A stretch of DNA of 64,000 bases from Tepidisphaera sp. (lineage in GTDB: Bacteria; Planctomycetota; Phycisphaerae; Phycisphaerales; UBA1924): the NCBI GenBank assembly GCA_050916045.1, contig CP051526.1, forward strand, positions 4,020,154 through 4,084,153, read 5' to 3'. Position 1 is the first letter of the stretch. Each line of letters begins with the position of its first letter. Both the position numbers and the translations under genes were made by a program. Positions 1-9,255 of the stretch are shown one piece after another. The notes under the pieces are model-generated. The model was not told the DNA's origin and did not search any database. It saw only the letters and a program-made list of their open reading frames with translations.

Positions 1-57
1 GCCCGCGCACAGCGCCAAAGCCGCCGCCCCGACCAATCGCTTGAGCATCCCGCGCAT
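1..57 (-). CDS. 5' end of a secreted protein that runs off the left edge (MRGMLKRLVGAAALALCAG...)
   Basis: ATG at 57, strong SD AAGGAGGT just upstream, signal-peptide-like sequence. Confidence 0.7.
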   Translation of the reverse strand, partial: MRGMLKRLVGAAALALCAG

Positions 58-166
58 GATGACCTCCTTGGAGAATTACGAACCACGGCCGCGCTCGTGG
101 CGGCTTGCCCAATATAACCACAATCACCCAAAAGAGTTGCGAAACCCCGCGATCCCGGACGCTTCG

Positions 167-2155
167 TCAGACCACCCGATCTTCCTTCGCAATCCCGAGC
201 GCCGGCCGTACATCGACCTGCACCAGCACCGCCCCGGTCTTCTCCCGGTGCAGTTGCTTGGCCGTCTCCGGATCAACGTAATCGCTGTGGCACGAAGCCT
301 TGTCCCCCGGCTTCTCCGCGCCCACCGCTTTCTTCGTCTTGCTCGCAAGCTTGTGGATCTCATCAGGCGACAAAACGCCCCGCTTCTCGAGGATCTCCTG
401 CTGCTCGGGCGTCAGAGCGGCCGACTTCACAGGCTTCCCGCGCTCGAACCCCTCCGCTTTCCCGCTCATGAACTCCTGGATCTCCTTGCTGATGCGCACC
501 GAGCACCAGTCGTGCCCGCACATCGCGCAGAAGTCCGTATCGACGTCCAAATCCTCATCGTGGTACGCCCGGGCCGTGTCGGGATCAAAGCTCAGCTCGA
601 AGTGCTTCTCCCAGTTCAGCGCCGCCCGCGCCTTCGTCAACTCATCATCCCGGTCCCGCGTCCCGGGAATCCCCAAGGCCACGTCCGCCGCATGCGCCGC
701 GATCTTGTACGCGATGCATCCCTGCTTCACATCGTCCTTCTTCGGCAAGCCCAGATGCTCCTTCGGCGTCACATAGCACAGCATCGCCGCCCCGTGGTAC
801 GCCATCGCCGTCGCGCCGATGCAGCTCGTGATGTGGTCATACCCCGGGAACATGTCCGTCACCAGCGGCCCAAGCACATAGAACGGCGCCCCGTGGCAAA
901 GCGTCCGCTGCACCTTCGCGTTCCACTCGATCTGATCAAACGGCACGTGCCCCGGCCCCTCGATCATCACCTGCACACCCTGCTTCCACGCCCGCTCGGT
1001 CAATTCGCCAAGCGTCTCAAGCTCCGCGATCTGCGCCGCGTCCGTCGCGTCCGCCAAACCGCCCGGCCGCAGGCCATCGCCGATCGAGAACGTCACGTCG
1101 TACTGCCGGAGGATCTTGCAGATGTCCTCCCACCGCGTGTACATGATGTTCTCCTGGTTGTGGACCAGCATCCACTTCGCCAGGAGACTCCCGCCGCGGC
1201 TCACAATCCCGATCAGCCGGTTCTTCACATGCTTGAGGTGCGCCCGCCGCACGCCCGCGTGGATCGTGAAATAATCGACGCCCTGCTTGGCTTGATGGTG
1301 CAGCGAAGCCTCGATCGTCGGCCAATCCAGGTCCTCGATCTTCTTCCCGATGATCATCGAGTAGATCGGCACCGTCCCGATCGGCACCGTGCTGTTGCGG
1401 ATGATCGCGTCGCGGCACGCATCCAGATCCCCGCCCGTCGACAGATCCATGACCGTGTCCGCCCCCCACTTCTCCGCCCACTTGAGCTTCTCAACCTCTT
1501 CCTCCGTCCCCGACGAGACCGGCGAAGCACCCATGTTCGCGTTGACCTTCGTCTTGCTCGCCCGGCCGATCGCCATCGGATCAAGCTTGTACTTCAGGTG
1601 GTTGATGTTCGCGGGAATCACCAAGCGGCCCGCCGCGATCTCATCGCGCACCGCTTCGGCCCCCCTGCCGCCCGAAAGCTCATCAAAGTGCGGCTCGCGC
1701 TCGGCCACACGCTTCATCTGCGGCGTCACGCGGCCCAGCCGGGCCCACTCAAGCTGCGTCACCGGCGTGAAATTCTTCGGGTACCGCACCTCGAGAATCT
1801 CGCCCTTCGCCGTCGCGAACGTCACCGACGGGTGCGACCCCTCAAAGCACGGAGCTTCGCAGTACCCGTCAAGCTTGGTCCCCGCCGGCATCGTCCGCAC
1901 GCTCCACCCCTCGGACAGGAAGTCCCACGCCGTCTTCGCGCTCGGCGCCGGCATGCCCGGAGCATCCGGCGAAGAGAACATCAGCGGCCCGCCAAGGTCA
2001 GGAGCGTTCGCGAAGCTTCCGGGCGTCGTCACCCCGCCCGTGCGGCCGGGGTTCATCCCACCACGGAGAGGAGGAAGAAACCGAACACGCTCCGACGAGC
2101 CCGCAGCGCCAGCAAGGGGGGTTCCGTCAGACGTGGCGCGATCAAGAATCGACAT
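167..2155 (-). CDS. thiC: phosphomethylpyrimidine synthase ThiC
   Basis: [36 protein letters not shown] and C-terminal CAMCGHDWC cluster motif; SD GAGGAGG 7 nt before ATG 2155; TPP riboswitch upstream. Confidence 0.97.
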   Translation of the reverse strand: MSILDRATSDGTPLAGAAGSSERVRFLPPLRGGMNPGRTGGVTTPGSFANAPDLGGPLMFSSPDAPGMPAPSAKTAWDFLSEGWSVRTMPAGTKLDGYCEAPCFEGSHPSVTFATAKGEILEVRYPKNFTPVTQLEWARLGRVTPQMKRVAEREPHFDELSGGRGAEAVRDEIAAGRLVIPANINHLKYKLDPMAIGRASKTKVNANMGASPVSSGTEEEVEKLKWAEKWGADTVMDLSTGGDLDACRDAIIRNSTVPIGTVPIYSMIIGKKIEDLDWPTIEASLHHQAKQGVDYFTIHAGVRRAHLKHVKNRLIGIVSRGGSLLAKWMLVHNQENIMYTRWEDICKILRQYDVTFSIGDGLRPGGLADATDAAQIAELETLGELTERAWKQGVQVMIEGPGHVPFDQIEWNAKVQRTLCHGAPFYVLGPLVTDMFPGYDHITSCIGATAMAYHGAAMLCYVTPKEHLGLPKKDDVKQGCIAYKIAAHAADVALGIPGTRDRDDELTKARAALNWEKHFELSFDPDTARAYHDEDLDVDTDFCAMCGHDWCSVRISKEIQEFMSGKAEGFERGKPVKSAALTPEQQEILEKRGVLSPDEIHKLASKTKKAVGAEKPGDKASCHSDYVDPETAKQLHREKTGAVLVQVDVRPALGIAKEDRVV

Positions 2156-2230
2156 CGGCAAGCCTCCTCGTCGGCTCGCCAGACAGGTTCAACGCGCTCG
2201 CTCGAATGCCCCGAAAGGGACACGCCGCAA

Positions 2231-2341
2231 GCTCGCTTCCCTCCGCCGGTGCGAACCGGATCAGGTTCAACGGGTGCATCTCAGCAAGCCTGAATCCCGG
2301 AGCATCACGCTCCGAAACCACCTCAGGCTCGCGCCCCGAGC
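2231..2341 (-). ncRNA. TPP (THI-box) riboswitch
   Basis: Minus strand CTCGGGGCGC...GCTGAGATGCACCCGTTGAACCTGATCCGGTTCGCACCGGCGGAGGGAAGCGAG matches the TPP consensus; lies upstream of thiC. Confidence 0.95.
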
Positions 2342-2405
2342 GAACGCTCAATCATAGACCCCGGACCACCCTCGCTCCCGCCCCCCAGATCTCACCCAAA
2401 CCCCC

Positions 2406-3110
2406 TCACTTCTTCTTCGCCATCTTCGCCGCCACCGCCGCCACAATCCCAAGCCCGCCCCCGATCGCCGCCGTCACCAGCGTGCGGCTGAAGTCAAACC
2501 CCGTCTTCTTCGCCACAAACGCCGACCCCGCATCCACCACCACGCCATCCGCCATGCTCTCAAACGACGCAAGCCGGGCGTCGAACCCCGCCGCCGGCGC
2601 GTAACAGTGAAGCATGAACGACCCGTTCGCCGTCAAGAACCCGTACGACACGCCGAGCACCCGCGTCCCGTCCGGCGCCGTCACGTCCGTCTTGAACACG
2701 AACCGCCCCCGCTCACGATCAAGCGACCCCTCGCCGATGCTCATCTCCCGCACCATGCTCCCCATCGCCTGACGCGTCTTCTCATCCACATCCTGAAGCT
2801 TCATCCCAAGCGAACGCTCGATCTCCTCATAGCTCGGCGTCCCCTTCCACGGCAGCGACTGAAGCAGCGCATAGCTCCCGTCCGGCTTCGCCGGCGCGAG
2901 CGCCGCCGCATACACCGGAGCCTGCGCCCCCATGCTCTGGCGGATCGAAGCGTTCGCTTCCTCGACAACCTCCCTCGGCGCAACCTTCCAATCCGCCGGA
3001 ATCGTGACCGTCACGCCCAACCCCGCATCGCGATGCGTCTCCTGCGCCCGCGTGACCGACGGCGCGGCGATCGCCGCAATCCAAAACGACATCCAAACCA
3101 CCCACGACAT
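2406..3110 (-). CDS. hypothetical exported protein with C-terminal membrane anchor
   Basis: Signal-peptide-like N-terminus; C-terminal TM segment ending KMAKKK; start codon uncertain (3110 or 3155). Confidence 0.7.
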   Translation of the reverse strand: MSWVVWMSFWIAAIAAPSVTRAQETHRDAGLGVTVTIPADWKVAPREVVEEANASIRQSMGAQAPVYAAALAPAKPDGSYALLQSLPWKGTPSYEEIERSLGMKLQDVDEKTRQAMGSMVREMSIGEGSLDRERGRFVFKTDVTAPDGTRVLGVSYGFLTANGSFMLHCYAPAAGFDARLASFESMADGVVVDAGSAFVAKKTGFDFSRTLVTAAIGGGLGIVAAVAAKMAKKK

Positions 3111-3151
3111 GTTCACGGCGTTTCTCACAAGCTTGTTCCTCAGGGAATGCC

Positions 3152-4018
3152 TCACCGTAGGCCACCACGCCGCGATTCCTCATCGCCCGTGAACCCAAGC
3201 TTCCGAGCCGCGGCAACGTTCACCAAACGGCTGAGATCTCGCACATACCCGCGGCGGCATACTTCCGGATCAAGCCCCGGCGGCGGCCGGAGGATTCCCT
3301 GCGCGAGTGAAAGAAAGCTCGCGATCTCGCCCCGCTCGTCCATCCGAAGTTCGTCCTGAAGCGTCAGGGTCGTGTGCCCGCGACGGATCATCTCAACCTC
3401 GCGAGCGGCGATCGCGATGAGCGGGGTCTCAGTCGCAAGGTCCTTCCCGGCAAGCTTGGCGGCGGCCACGTAGAAGCCGCGAAGCACCTCTTCTCGCACC
3501 GCACCCCCCGGCCCCTCGCCGTGCCGCGGCTTGCGAAATCGCCCCTCCGCCACCTCGTACACCATCTCGCTTGCGTCTTCGTACGACTCGTGCGTCAGAA
3601 AGACATCACAGCCCATCGACTCGCCCATCCGAACCATCAGCTCCGCCAATCCCGCGTACCGCTCCGCATTCACGTCGCGCGACGGTCCGGAGAGTTCGAT
3701 GAAGTCCGGTCCGTAGAAGTGAACCACCATCTCAAGCCCGAGCACATCAAGCCTGAGCGATGGCCACGGTCCGTCGTCCGAGCCGCCCTTTACGATCACA
3801 CCCAACCCATCCGCTGGCAGCGGCTCCGCCCGCTCACCCTCCTCGGTGAGCCACGCGAACCGATACGCATAAAGCGGAACCACGCCCGAAAGAAACCCCG
3901 CCCATGCCTCGGCCGTCGCATCAGGGACCGCCAGATCGAAAAGCTGCCCAAGCTCTTCTTCCGCGAAGAGCTCACGCATCGCTTCAAATGGAAGTGGAAT
4001 TGCCAGAACGCCGCCCAA
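3152..4018 (-). CDS. hypothetical protein
   Basis: 288-aa acidic ORF with protein-like composition; no recognised family. Confidence 0.6.
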   Translation of the reverse strand: MGGVLAIPLPFEAMRELFAEEELGQLFDLAVPDATAEAWAGFLSGVVPLYAYRFAWLTEEGERAEPLPADGLGVIVKGGSDDGPWPSLRLDVLGLEMVVHFYGPDFIELSGPSRDVNAERYAGLAELMVRMGESMGCDVFLTHESYEDASEMVYEVAEGRFRKPRHGEGPGGAVREEVLRGFYVAAAKLAGKDLATETPLIAIAAREVEMIRRGHTTLTLQDELRMDERGEIASFLSLAQGILRPPPGLDPEVCRRGYVRDLSRLVNVAAARKLGFTGDEESRRGGLR

Positions 4019-4295
4019 CAGCGATCAACCCTCTCACCCCGACCGCAACCCGATCGCGGCGGATGCGATCGCCTGGATCAAGATAACAGGGCCCCGCCGT
4101 CCAGACCCGAAGCGGCGGGCGAGGAAATGAAGGATAATCGACGAGTCACCCCCCGTCACGGGGCGATACATGTCGGCGCGGCGTCACGGAAGCGGTTTCC
4201 GGGACGTTGCAAGTTTCAGGGGTCCGGCGGGCGGCCCGGGAGGACTGACGGCTGTAGCCTGCGAACAATCGCCGCACGCGGGCGTCCCGCTTCTC

Positions 4296-5465
4296 ATGCG
4301 AATCCTCCACGTCATCCGCCGCCTCGACCCCTATGAAGGAGGCCCCCCCGCCGTCGTTTCACGGCTGGCGGCGGCCCAAGCTTCCATGCGCGCGGCGGGG
4401 GCCGGTAACGCGCCCGGCGGCCACGACGTCTCGGTCCTCCACCATCCCGCCGGCTCGCGCGGTCCCGCGTTTGACGCCATTCCCGGGTTCGGCCTGGTCA
4501 AGCGCCACGAGATCCCCGAGCCCAAGCTCGCCGCGTGGCTTGATGCCAACCTCAAATCCTTCGATGTCCTCCACCTTCACGGCGTCTGGGATTCGATCCT
4601 CGTCACCGCCGCTTCCAAAGCACGTGCTTCCGGCGTCCCCTACGCCGTCGTGCCTCACGGCATGCTCGACCCCTGGTCCCTCAACCAGCAGGGCCTCCTC
4701 AAGTCCATCAAGAAGAAGGTCTCCCTCGCGCTGACGCACCGGTCTTTCCTCAACGGCGCTGCTTTCCTCCACGTGCTCAACGCCGACGAGGGCCGCTTGC
4801 TCGCGCCACTCAAGCTCAAGCCCGAGCCCATCGTCATCCCCAACGGCATCTTCCTCGAGGAAGTGACGCCCCTTCCCCCCGCCGGCACCTTCCGAGCCAA
4901 ACACCCCGAGCTCGGTTCGGACCCCTACATCCTCTTCCTCTCACGCCTCCATCACAAGAAGGGCCTCGACGTTCTCGCCGAAGCGTTCGCGCTCGTCGTC
5001 AAGGACATGCCCAATGCCCGCCTCGTCGTCGCCGGCCCCGACGGCGGCGCGGAAGCCCCCTTCCGCTCGCAGATCCAGCGACTCGGCCTCGCCAATCGCG
5101 TCCACCTCACCGGCCCGCTCTTCGGCACCGACAAACTCGCCGTCTTCCGCGACGCAAGCGTCTTCTGCCTCGCAAGCCGCCAGGAAGGCTTCAGCATGGC
5201 CGTCACCGAAGCCCTCGGCTGCCGCTGCCCCGTCGTCATCTCCGACCAGTGCCACTTCCCCGATGTCGACGAGGTGAAAGCCGGCTTCGTCGTGCCGCTC
5301 AGCGCCCCCGCCACCGCCGCCGCACTCCTCAAGATCCTCCGCATGCCCGCGCACGAAGGGCAAGCCATGGGCGCCCGCGGCCACGACCTCGTCGCCGCCC
5401 GCTACACCTGGCCCGCCATCGCCGCCCAGTCCATCAGCGTCTACGAACGCCTCCTCCGCAAGTGA
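4296..5465 (+). CDS. glycosyltransferase family 4 (GT-B fold)
   Basis: MRILHVI..GGP, PHGML, LFLSRLHHKKG and SRQEGFSMAVTEA motifs. Confidence 0.93.
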   Translation: MRILHVIRRLDPYEGGPPAVVSRLAAAQASMRAAGAGNAPGGHDVSVLHHPAGSRGPAFDAIPGFGLVKRHEIPEPKLAAWLDANLKSFDVLHLHGVWDSILVTAASKARASGVPYAVVPHGMLDPWSLNQQGLLKSIKKKVSLALTHRSFLNGAAFLHVLNADEGRLLAPLKLKPEPIVIPNGIFLEEVTPLPPAGTFRAKHPELGSDPYILFLSRLHHKKGLDVLAEAFALVVKDMPNARLVVAGPDGGAEAPFRSQIQRLGLANRVHLTGPLFGTDKLAVFRDASVFCLASRQEGFSMAVTEALGCRCPVVISDQCHFPDVDEVKAGFVVPLSAPATAAALLKILRMPAHEGQAMGARGHDLVAARYTWPAIAAQSISVYERLLRK

Positions 5466-5487
5466 ACCGCTCTCCACGCACCCGCCG

Positions 5488-5586
5488 CAAAAGTGGAGCG
5501 GCCGCACGCTGACGCGTGCGGCCGCCCGGAGGGAGAAGAGAGAGACCGTCCTCGCGACGACCCAGCCGCCGCGCGTGAAATCAGTG
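5488..5586 (-). ncRNA. candidate ~100-nt small RNA with CU-rich seed
   Basis: Own promoter, CUCUCUCUUCUCCCUCC tract, 12-bp hairpin at 5498-5525 followed by CCACUUUU; lies between convergent genes. Confidence 0.55.
5498..5525. terminator. perfect 12-bp hairpin GCGGCCGCACGC-TGAC-GCGTGCGGCCGC
   Basis: Inverted repeat between convergent genes; short U-run follows on the minus strand. Confidence 0.7.
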
Positions 5587-5592
5587 GTGCGG

Positions 5593-5622
5593 ATTATGGC
5601 CGCAACCTGGTCGGTTTGTCAA
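5593..5622 (-). promoter_or_regulatory. sigma70-type promoter TTGACA-N18-CATAAT with AT-rich upstream element
   Basis: TTGACA at 5622-5617, CATAAT at 5598-5593, AT-rich tract at 5629-5641; no adjacent downstream CDS on this strand. Confidence 0.7.
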
Positions 5623-5665
5623 ACTGGGTAATTTAAGTTTTGTTCGGCATCCGGCCGGGCTTTGC

Positions 5666-6856
5666 TCAGAACCGTGTCGCGAGCCGCACGAACATCTCGA
5701 CCCCCGTCGGGATCGCCGCGTCGTTGAAGTCAAAGTCCGGCTGGTGAAGCGTCGGCGAGCGATCCATCCCCTCCGGCCGCAAGCCCAGGAAGAAGAAGCA
5801 CGCCGGCACCCGCTGGCCGTAATAGCTGAAATCCTCACCGCCCATCGTCGGCTGATCGACCTCGCCCACGCGCCCTTCGCCGAGCGCCGCTTTCGCGATC
5901 TTGAAGAACTCACCCACCAAGTGCGCATCGTTGTGCGTCACCGGATAACTCTCGCGGTACGTGACGTCGGCTTTGCAGCCAAGCCCGGCCGCGATCGACT
6001 CGGCGATCTGGATGAACCGCTGCTTGGCGAGCGCGCGGGTCGAATCCTTCAGCGTGCGCACGGTCCAGTGCGTCCAGCACGATTCGGGGATGATGTTGTT
6101 CGCCGTGCCGGCTTTGATCTCGCCGCAGGTCACCACGACCGAATCAAGCGGGCTGACGTTTCGGCTCGCGATGGTCTGCATCGCCGTGACGATCTGCGCC
6201 GTCGCCGTGATGCAGTCGAATCCCTGGTGCGGATAGGCCCCGTGGCTTTGCACGCCGCGCACGGTCAGTTCCACGTCATCCACGCTCGCCAAAAGCGGGC
6301 CCACGCGCGTCGCGACGTGCCCGACAGGGTACGTCGGCCAGCCGTGCAGGCCGTGGATCTCGCCCACACCCTCCAGCGCGCCCTCCTCGCACATCCGCTG
6401 CCCGCCGGCGCCGCCCTCTTCCGCCGGCTGGAACACGAACACGACCGGCCTCGGCCGGTGCGGCATCGCCGCGAGCACCCGCGCGGCACCGATCAGCATC
6501 GTGGTGTGGCCGTCGTGCCCGCACGCGTGCATCTTGCCCGGGATGCAGCTCGCGTACGGCTTGCCTGTCTGCTCCATGATCGGGAGCGCATCCATGTCGG
6601 CCCGGAGCGCGATCGCGGGAAGCTTGTCCCCCTCGGGGGTCGTCGCGGCGAGGCGAGCGACCACGCCGGTCTTGGCCACGCCGTCCCGGAACGGGATGTT
6701 GAGGCGGGCGAGTTGCCGCTGGACCACGCCGCTCGTGCGCACTTCCTCGTAGTTCAGCTCGGGGTGCTGGTGGAGGTCGTGGCGGATCTCGATGAGGTCC
6801 TTGATCTCGCGGGCGATGAGCGTGCGGATGTCGTCTCGGGTGGCGGCCATGGGCAT
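5666..6856 (-). CDS. M20D family amidohydrolase
   Basis: HQHPEL, ALRADMDALP, MHACGHDGH, FQPAEE and GGEDF motifs. Confidence 0.95.
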   Translation of the reverse strand: MPMAATRDDIRTLIAREIKDLIEIRHDLHQHPELNYEEVRTSGVVQRQLARLNIPFRDGVAKTGVVARLAATTPEGDKLPAIALRADMDALPIMEQTGKPYASCIPGKMHACGHDGHTTMLIGAARVLAAMPHRPRPVVFVFQPAEEGGAGGQRMCEEGALEGVGEIHGLHGWPTYPVGHVATRVGPLLASVDDVELTVRGVQSHGAYPHQGFDCITATAQIVTAMQTIASRNVSPLDSVVVTCGEIKAGTANNIIPESCWTHWTVRTLKDSTRALAKQRFIQIAESIAAGLGCKADVTYRESYPVTHNDAHLVGEFFKIAKAALGEGRVGEVDQPTMGGEDFSYYGQRVPACFFFLGLRPEGMDRSPTLHQPDFDFNDAAIPTGVEMFVRLATRF

Positions 6857-6897
6857 AAGGGGATGATAGGGACCGGCCGGAAGTCGCTCCCGAACCG

Positions 6898-8064
6898 CTA
6901 CTTACCCAGAATCTCATCGATGATGCGGATCGCGGCTTCCTCGGCTTCGGCGACCTTGGCGTAGTCCACCTCGGCCGGGGTGGGGATGGCGAGGTCCTTG
7001 AACTTTTTCGCCAGATCCGGCCGGATGGGCACGTTGCGGCTTTCGCTCTCGGCGAGCATCTGCTCCACCTCGGGCGAAAGCAGGAAGTCCGCGAGCTTGT
7101 TGCCGGCGGTCGCGTTCGGCGAAGCCAGCACCCGCCCAACCGTGTTGGGAAGCACCAGCGTACCCAGGCTCGGGATCAGCCCGGTTCCCGGCTTCTGCTT
7201 GATCATGGTCGTCTCGCGCAGCGTGTCGGCGCCCTCGTACACCAGATCGACCGGCCACTTCTCGCGCTGCCCGACCCATACATCGTCGGTATCGGTCAAT
7301 CCGACGGCGATGTCGCCGCGGCCCAGAGCCTGCACCACCGCCGAGTTGCTCGCGAGGATCTGGACGCGGTTGGCCCGCAGCGCCTGGAACCACGCGCGGA
7401 ACTCGGCTTCCCCCGCGATGTGATAGAGGTACGCCATGTGCGACCGCGTCGTGCCAAAGTGCGGATCCGCGATGCCGACCTTGCCGGCAAGGTCGGGCCT
7501 GAGCAGGTCTCGCATCCTCATCGGAGCGCGAGCTTTGTTCAACTGACCGGTGTTGAAAGCGATGACGCGGGCCCGCTGGGCGAACCCGTACCACTTGCGG
7601 TCCGCGGGGCGGAGATGCTTGGGCCAGCCGCCGGGCACGGTGACTTCCGCTTTGCTCGCCCAGGGCGCGAGGACTCCGCTCTGGGCGAGCTTGATCGTCC
7701 CGACCACTTCGCTCGACCACCACACGTCGGCTCGCGGGGAGGCTTTCTCCGACTCAAGCCTCAGCGCGAGCGATCCGCGCGTCGCTTCGGTGTCCGTCAC
7801 GATCCTGACATCGACGCCGGTCTGGGTTTTGAAGGCATCGACGACCTTCTGCACCAGCGGCTCATCCGCCGTGGTATAGAGGACGACCTTGGTGCCGTCG
7901 TCGACCTTTCGACCGGAACCGCCGAACGCCCACCACGCCATCAGCGGCAGAAGGACGACCGCCGCCGCGGTGAGCCAGAACGCGACGGTCCGTCCGCGCG
8001 ATGAGTTCACCCAGGCCCGGACCTTGACCGTGTCGACCTCGTGCTGTCCGATGTGGAAGATCAT
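6898..8064 (-). CDS. ABC transporter extracellular solute-binding protein (Fe3+/AfuA-FutA-like)
   Basis: N-terminal TM segment, VVLYT, PRADVWWS, RARVIAFN, GLTDTDD and DFLLSPEV motifs. Confidence 0.85.
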   Translation of the reverse strand: MIFHIGQHEVDTVKVRAWVNSSRGRTVAFWLTAAAVVLLPLMAWWAFGGSGRKVDDGTKVVLYTTADEPLVQKVVDAFKTQTGVDVRIVTDTEATRGSLALRLESEKASPRADVWWSSEVVGTIKLAQSGVLAPWASKAEVTVPGGWPKHLRPADRKWYGFAQRARVIAFNTGQLNKARAPMRMRDLLRPDLAGKVGIADPHFGTTRSHMAYLYHIAGEAEFRAWFQALRANRVQILASNSAVVQALGRGDIAVGLTDTDDVWVGQREKWPVDLVYEGADTLRETTMIKQKPGTGLIPSLGTLVLPNTVGRVLASPNATAGNKLADFLLSPEVEQMLAESESRNVPIRPDLAKKFKDLAIPTPAEVDYAKVAEAEEAAIRIIDEILGK

Positions 8065-8080
8065 CGCGTCATCATACAGA

Positions 8081-8110
8081 ACAGGCCTCCCCCGGGTGGG
8101 AGAGGCCTGT
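8081..8110 (-). terminator. putative intrinsic terminator hairpin
   Basis: ACAGGCCTC...GAGGCCTGT inverted repeat downstream of the 8179-9102 gene. Confidence 0.5.
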
Positions 8111-8178
8111 CGATGAACATGAGCGGATCGGGCGGAGAAGCTCTGCCTGAAGCTTCACCTCAAGCCGTACCTGGAGCT

Positions 8179-9102
8179 TTACTTGGGGCTTTCGGGCTTG
8201 GGGGTCTCGGGCTTGAGCTCTTCGGGCTTGGCTTCACCGGCGGGCGTTTCGGGGCCGGCGGGAGCGGCGGCGGGCTCCTCATCGACGGGCTTGCCGCTCT
8301 TGGCCTGTTCCTTCGCGGCGGCCGTGGCTTTCACGACGTCCTCGCCGGGGAGGATCATGGCGCCGCGGACGCGGCGCATCTGGGCGAACTGGCTGCTCTG
8401 GTCGGCCTGCATCTCCTCGCGGCTGGGGAGCTGGAGGGTGGACATTCCGATGTACTCGCCCTTGCCGTTGAAGACCGGCATGCCGATCGAGGTGCCGAGT
8501 TCGCTGCCGGGGATGGCGAGCTTGCGCGGCTTGGTGATCAGCGAGCGGATGCGGGACTCGTTGACGATGTGGGCGTGATCGTTGGACTTGGAGAGGCGCT
8601 CGATGGTGAGCACGCGGTCGCCCATGACGGCGTCGACCGGCTTGTTGATGTCGACGAACGCGAACTTCTTGTTGTCCTTGTTGGTGATCTGGAGCCACGC
8701 GAGGTCGAGCTCGCTGTCGCGGGCGATGAGGGTGGCGTCCACGCCTTCCTGGTCGCCGCTGATCATGACCTTGATCTCCAGAGGCTTGCGGTTCCCGCCC
8801 ATCATCTGCTTGATGGACTCAGGGAACCCGCCCATGAAGTAGTTGGAGGTGAGGACCAGCCCTGACTCCTCGATCATGACGCCCTGGACTTCCTCCTCGG
8901 CTTCGCTGTCCTCTTCCTTGAGGATGTACTTGATCGTCACGATCGCGTCGCCGCGCTCCTTGACGAGCTTGCCGTAGATCTCGCCGTCATCCGCCACCGC
9001 CGCGGGAGCGGCCGAGGTCGTGACGGCGGTCGTGGAAGCCGGAGCGAAGGCGAAGAGGCCGCCGGCGACAGCGACGAGGGTTGCGAGATGCCAAGCTTTC
9101 AT
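8179..9102 (-). CDS. secreted trypsin-like (S1) domain protein, probably catalytically inactive
   Basis: Signal peptide; GVMIEESGLVLTSNY, RDSELDLAWL and SIGMPVFNGKGEYIG align with HtrA protease motifs, but His and Ser are replaced. Confidence 0.8.
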   Translation of the reverse strand: MKAWHLATLVAVAGGLFAFAPASTTAVTTSAAPAAVADDGEIYGKLVKERGDAIVTIKYILKEEDSEAEEEVQGVMIEESGLVLTSNYFMGGFPESIKQMMGGNRKPLEIKVMISGDQEGVDATLIARDSELDLAWLQITNKDNKKFAFVDINKPVDAVMGDRVLTIERLSKSNDHAHIVNESRIRSLITKPRKLAIPGSELGTSIGMPVFNGKGEYIGMSTLQLPSREEMQADQSSQFAQMRRVRGAMILPGEDVVKATAAAKEQAKSGKPVDEEPAAAPAGPETPAGEAKPEELKPETPKPESPK

Positions 9103-9255
9103 AAGGGTCCTTTCCTTCCGGGCCGCGCATCGGCGCGACGCGGGGTTCCGCGGCTCACACCGGCGCGCGCCGGCGGCCCGCATGGTAGGTGGGTCTCGGT
9201 CGCCGGCGGGGCCGATCAACCGCGTTTTCCGGGGCCATCCTGAACAAACGAGCGG

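Noticed and set aside
41..2293. 750-aa plus-strand ORF and many similar long ORFs (15995-17473, 17496-19541, 21887-23671, 31399-33072, 42641-44491, 50769-52370)
   Set aside because: They are antisense shadows of well-supported genes. R/H/P-rich composition and scarce stop codons are expected in high-GC DNA.
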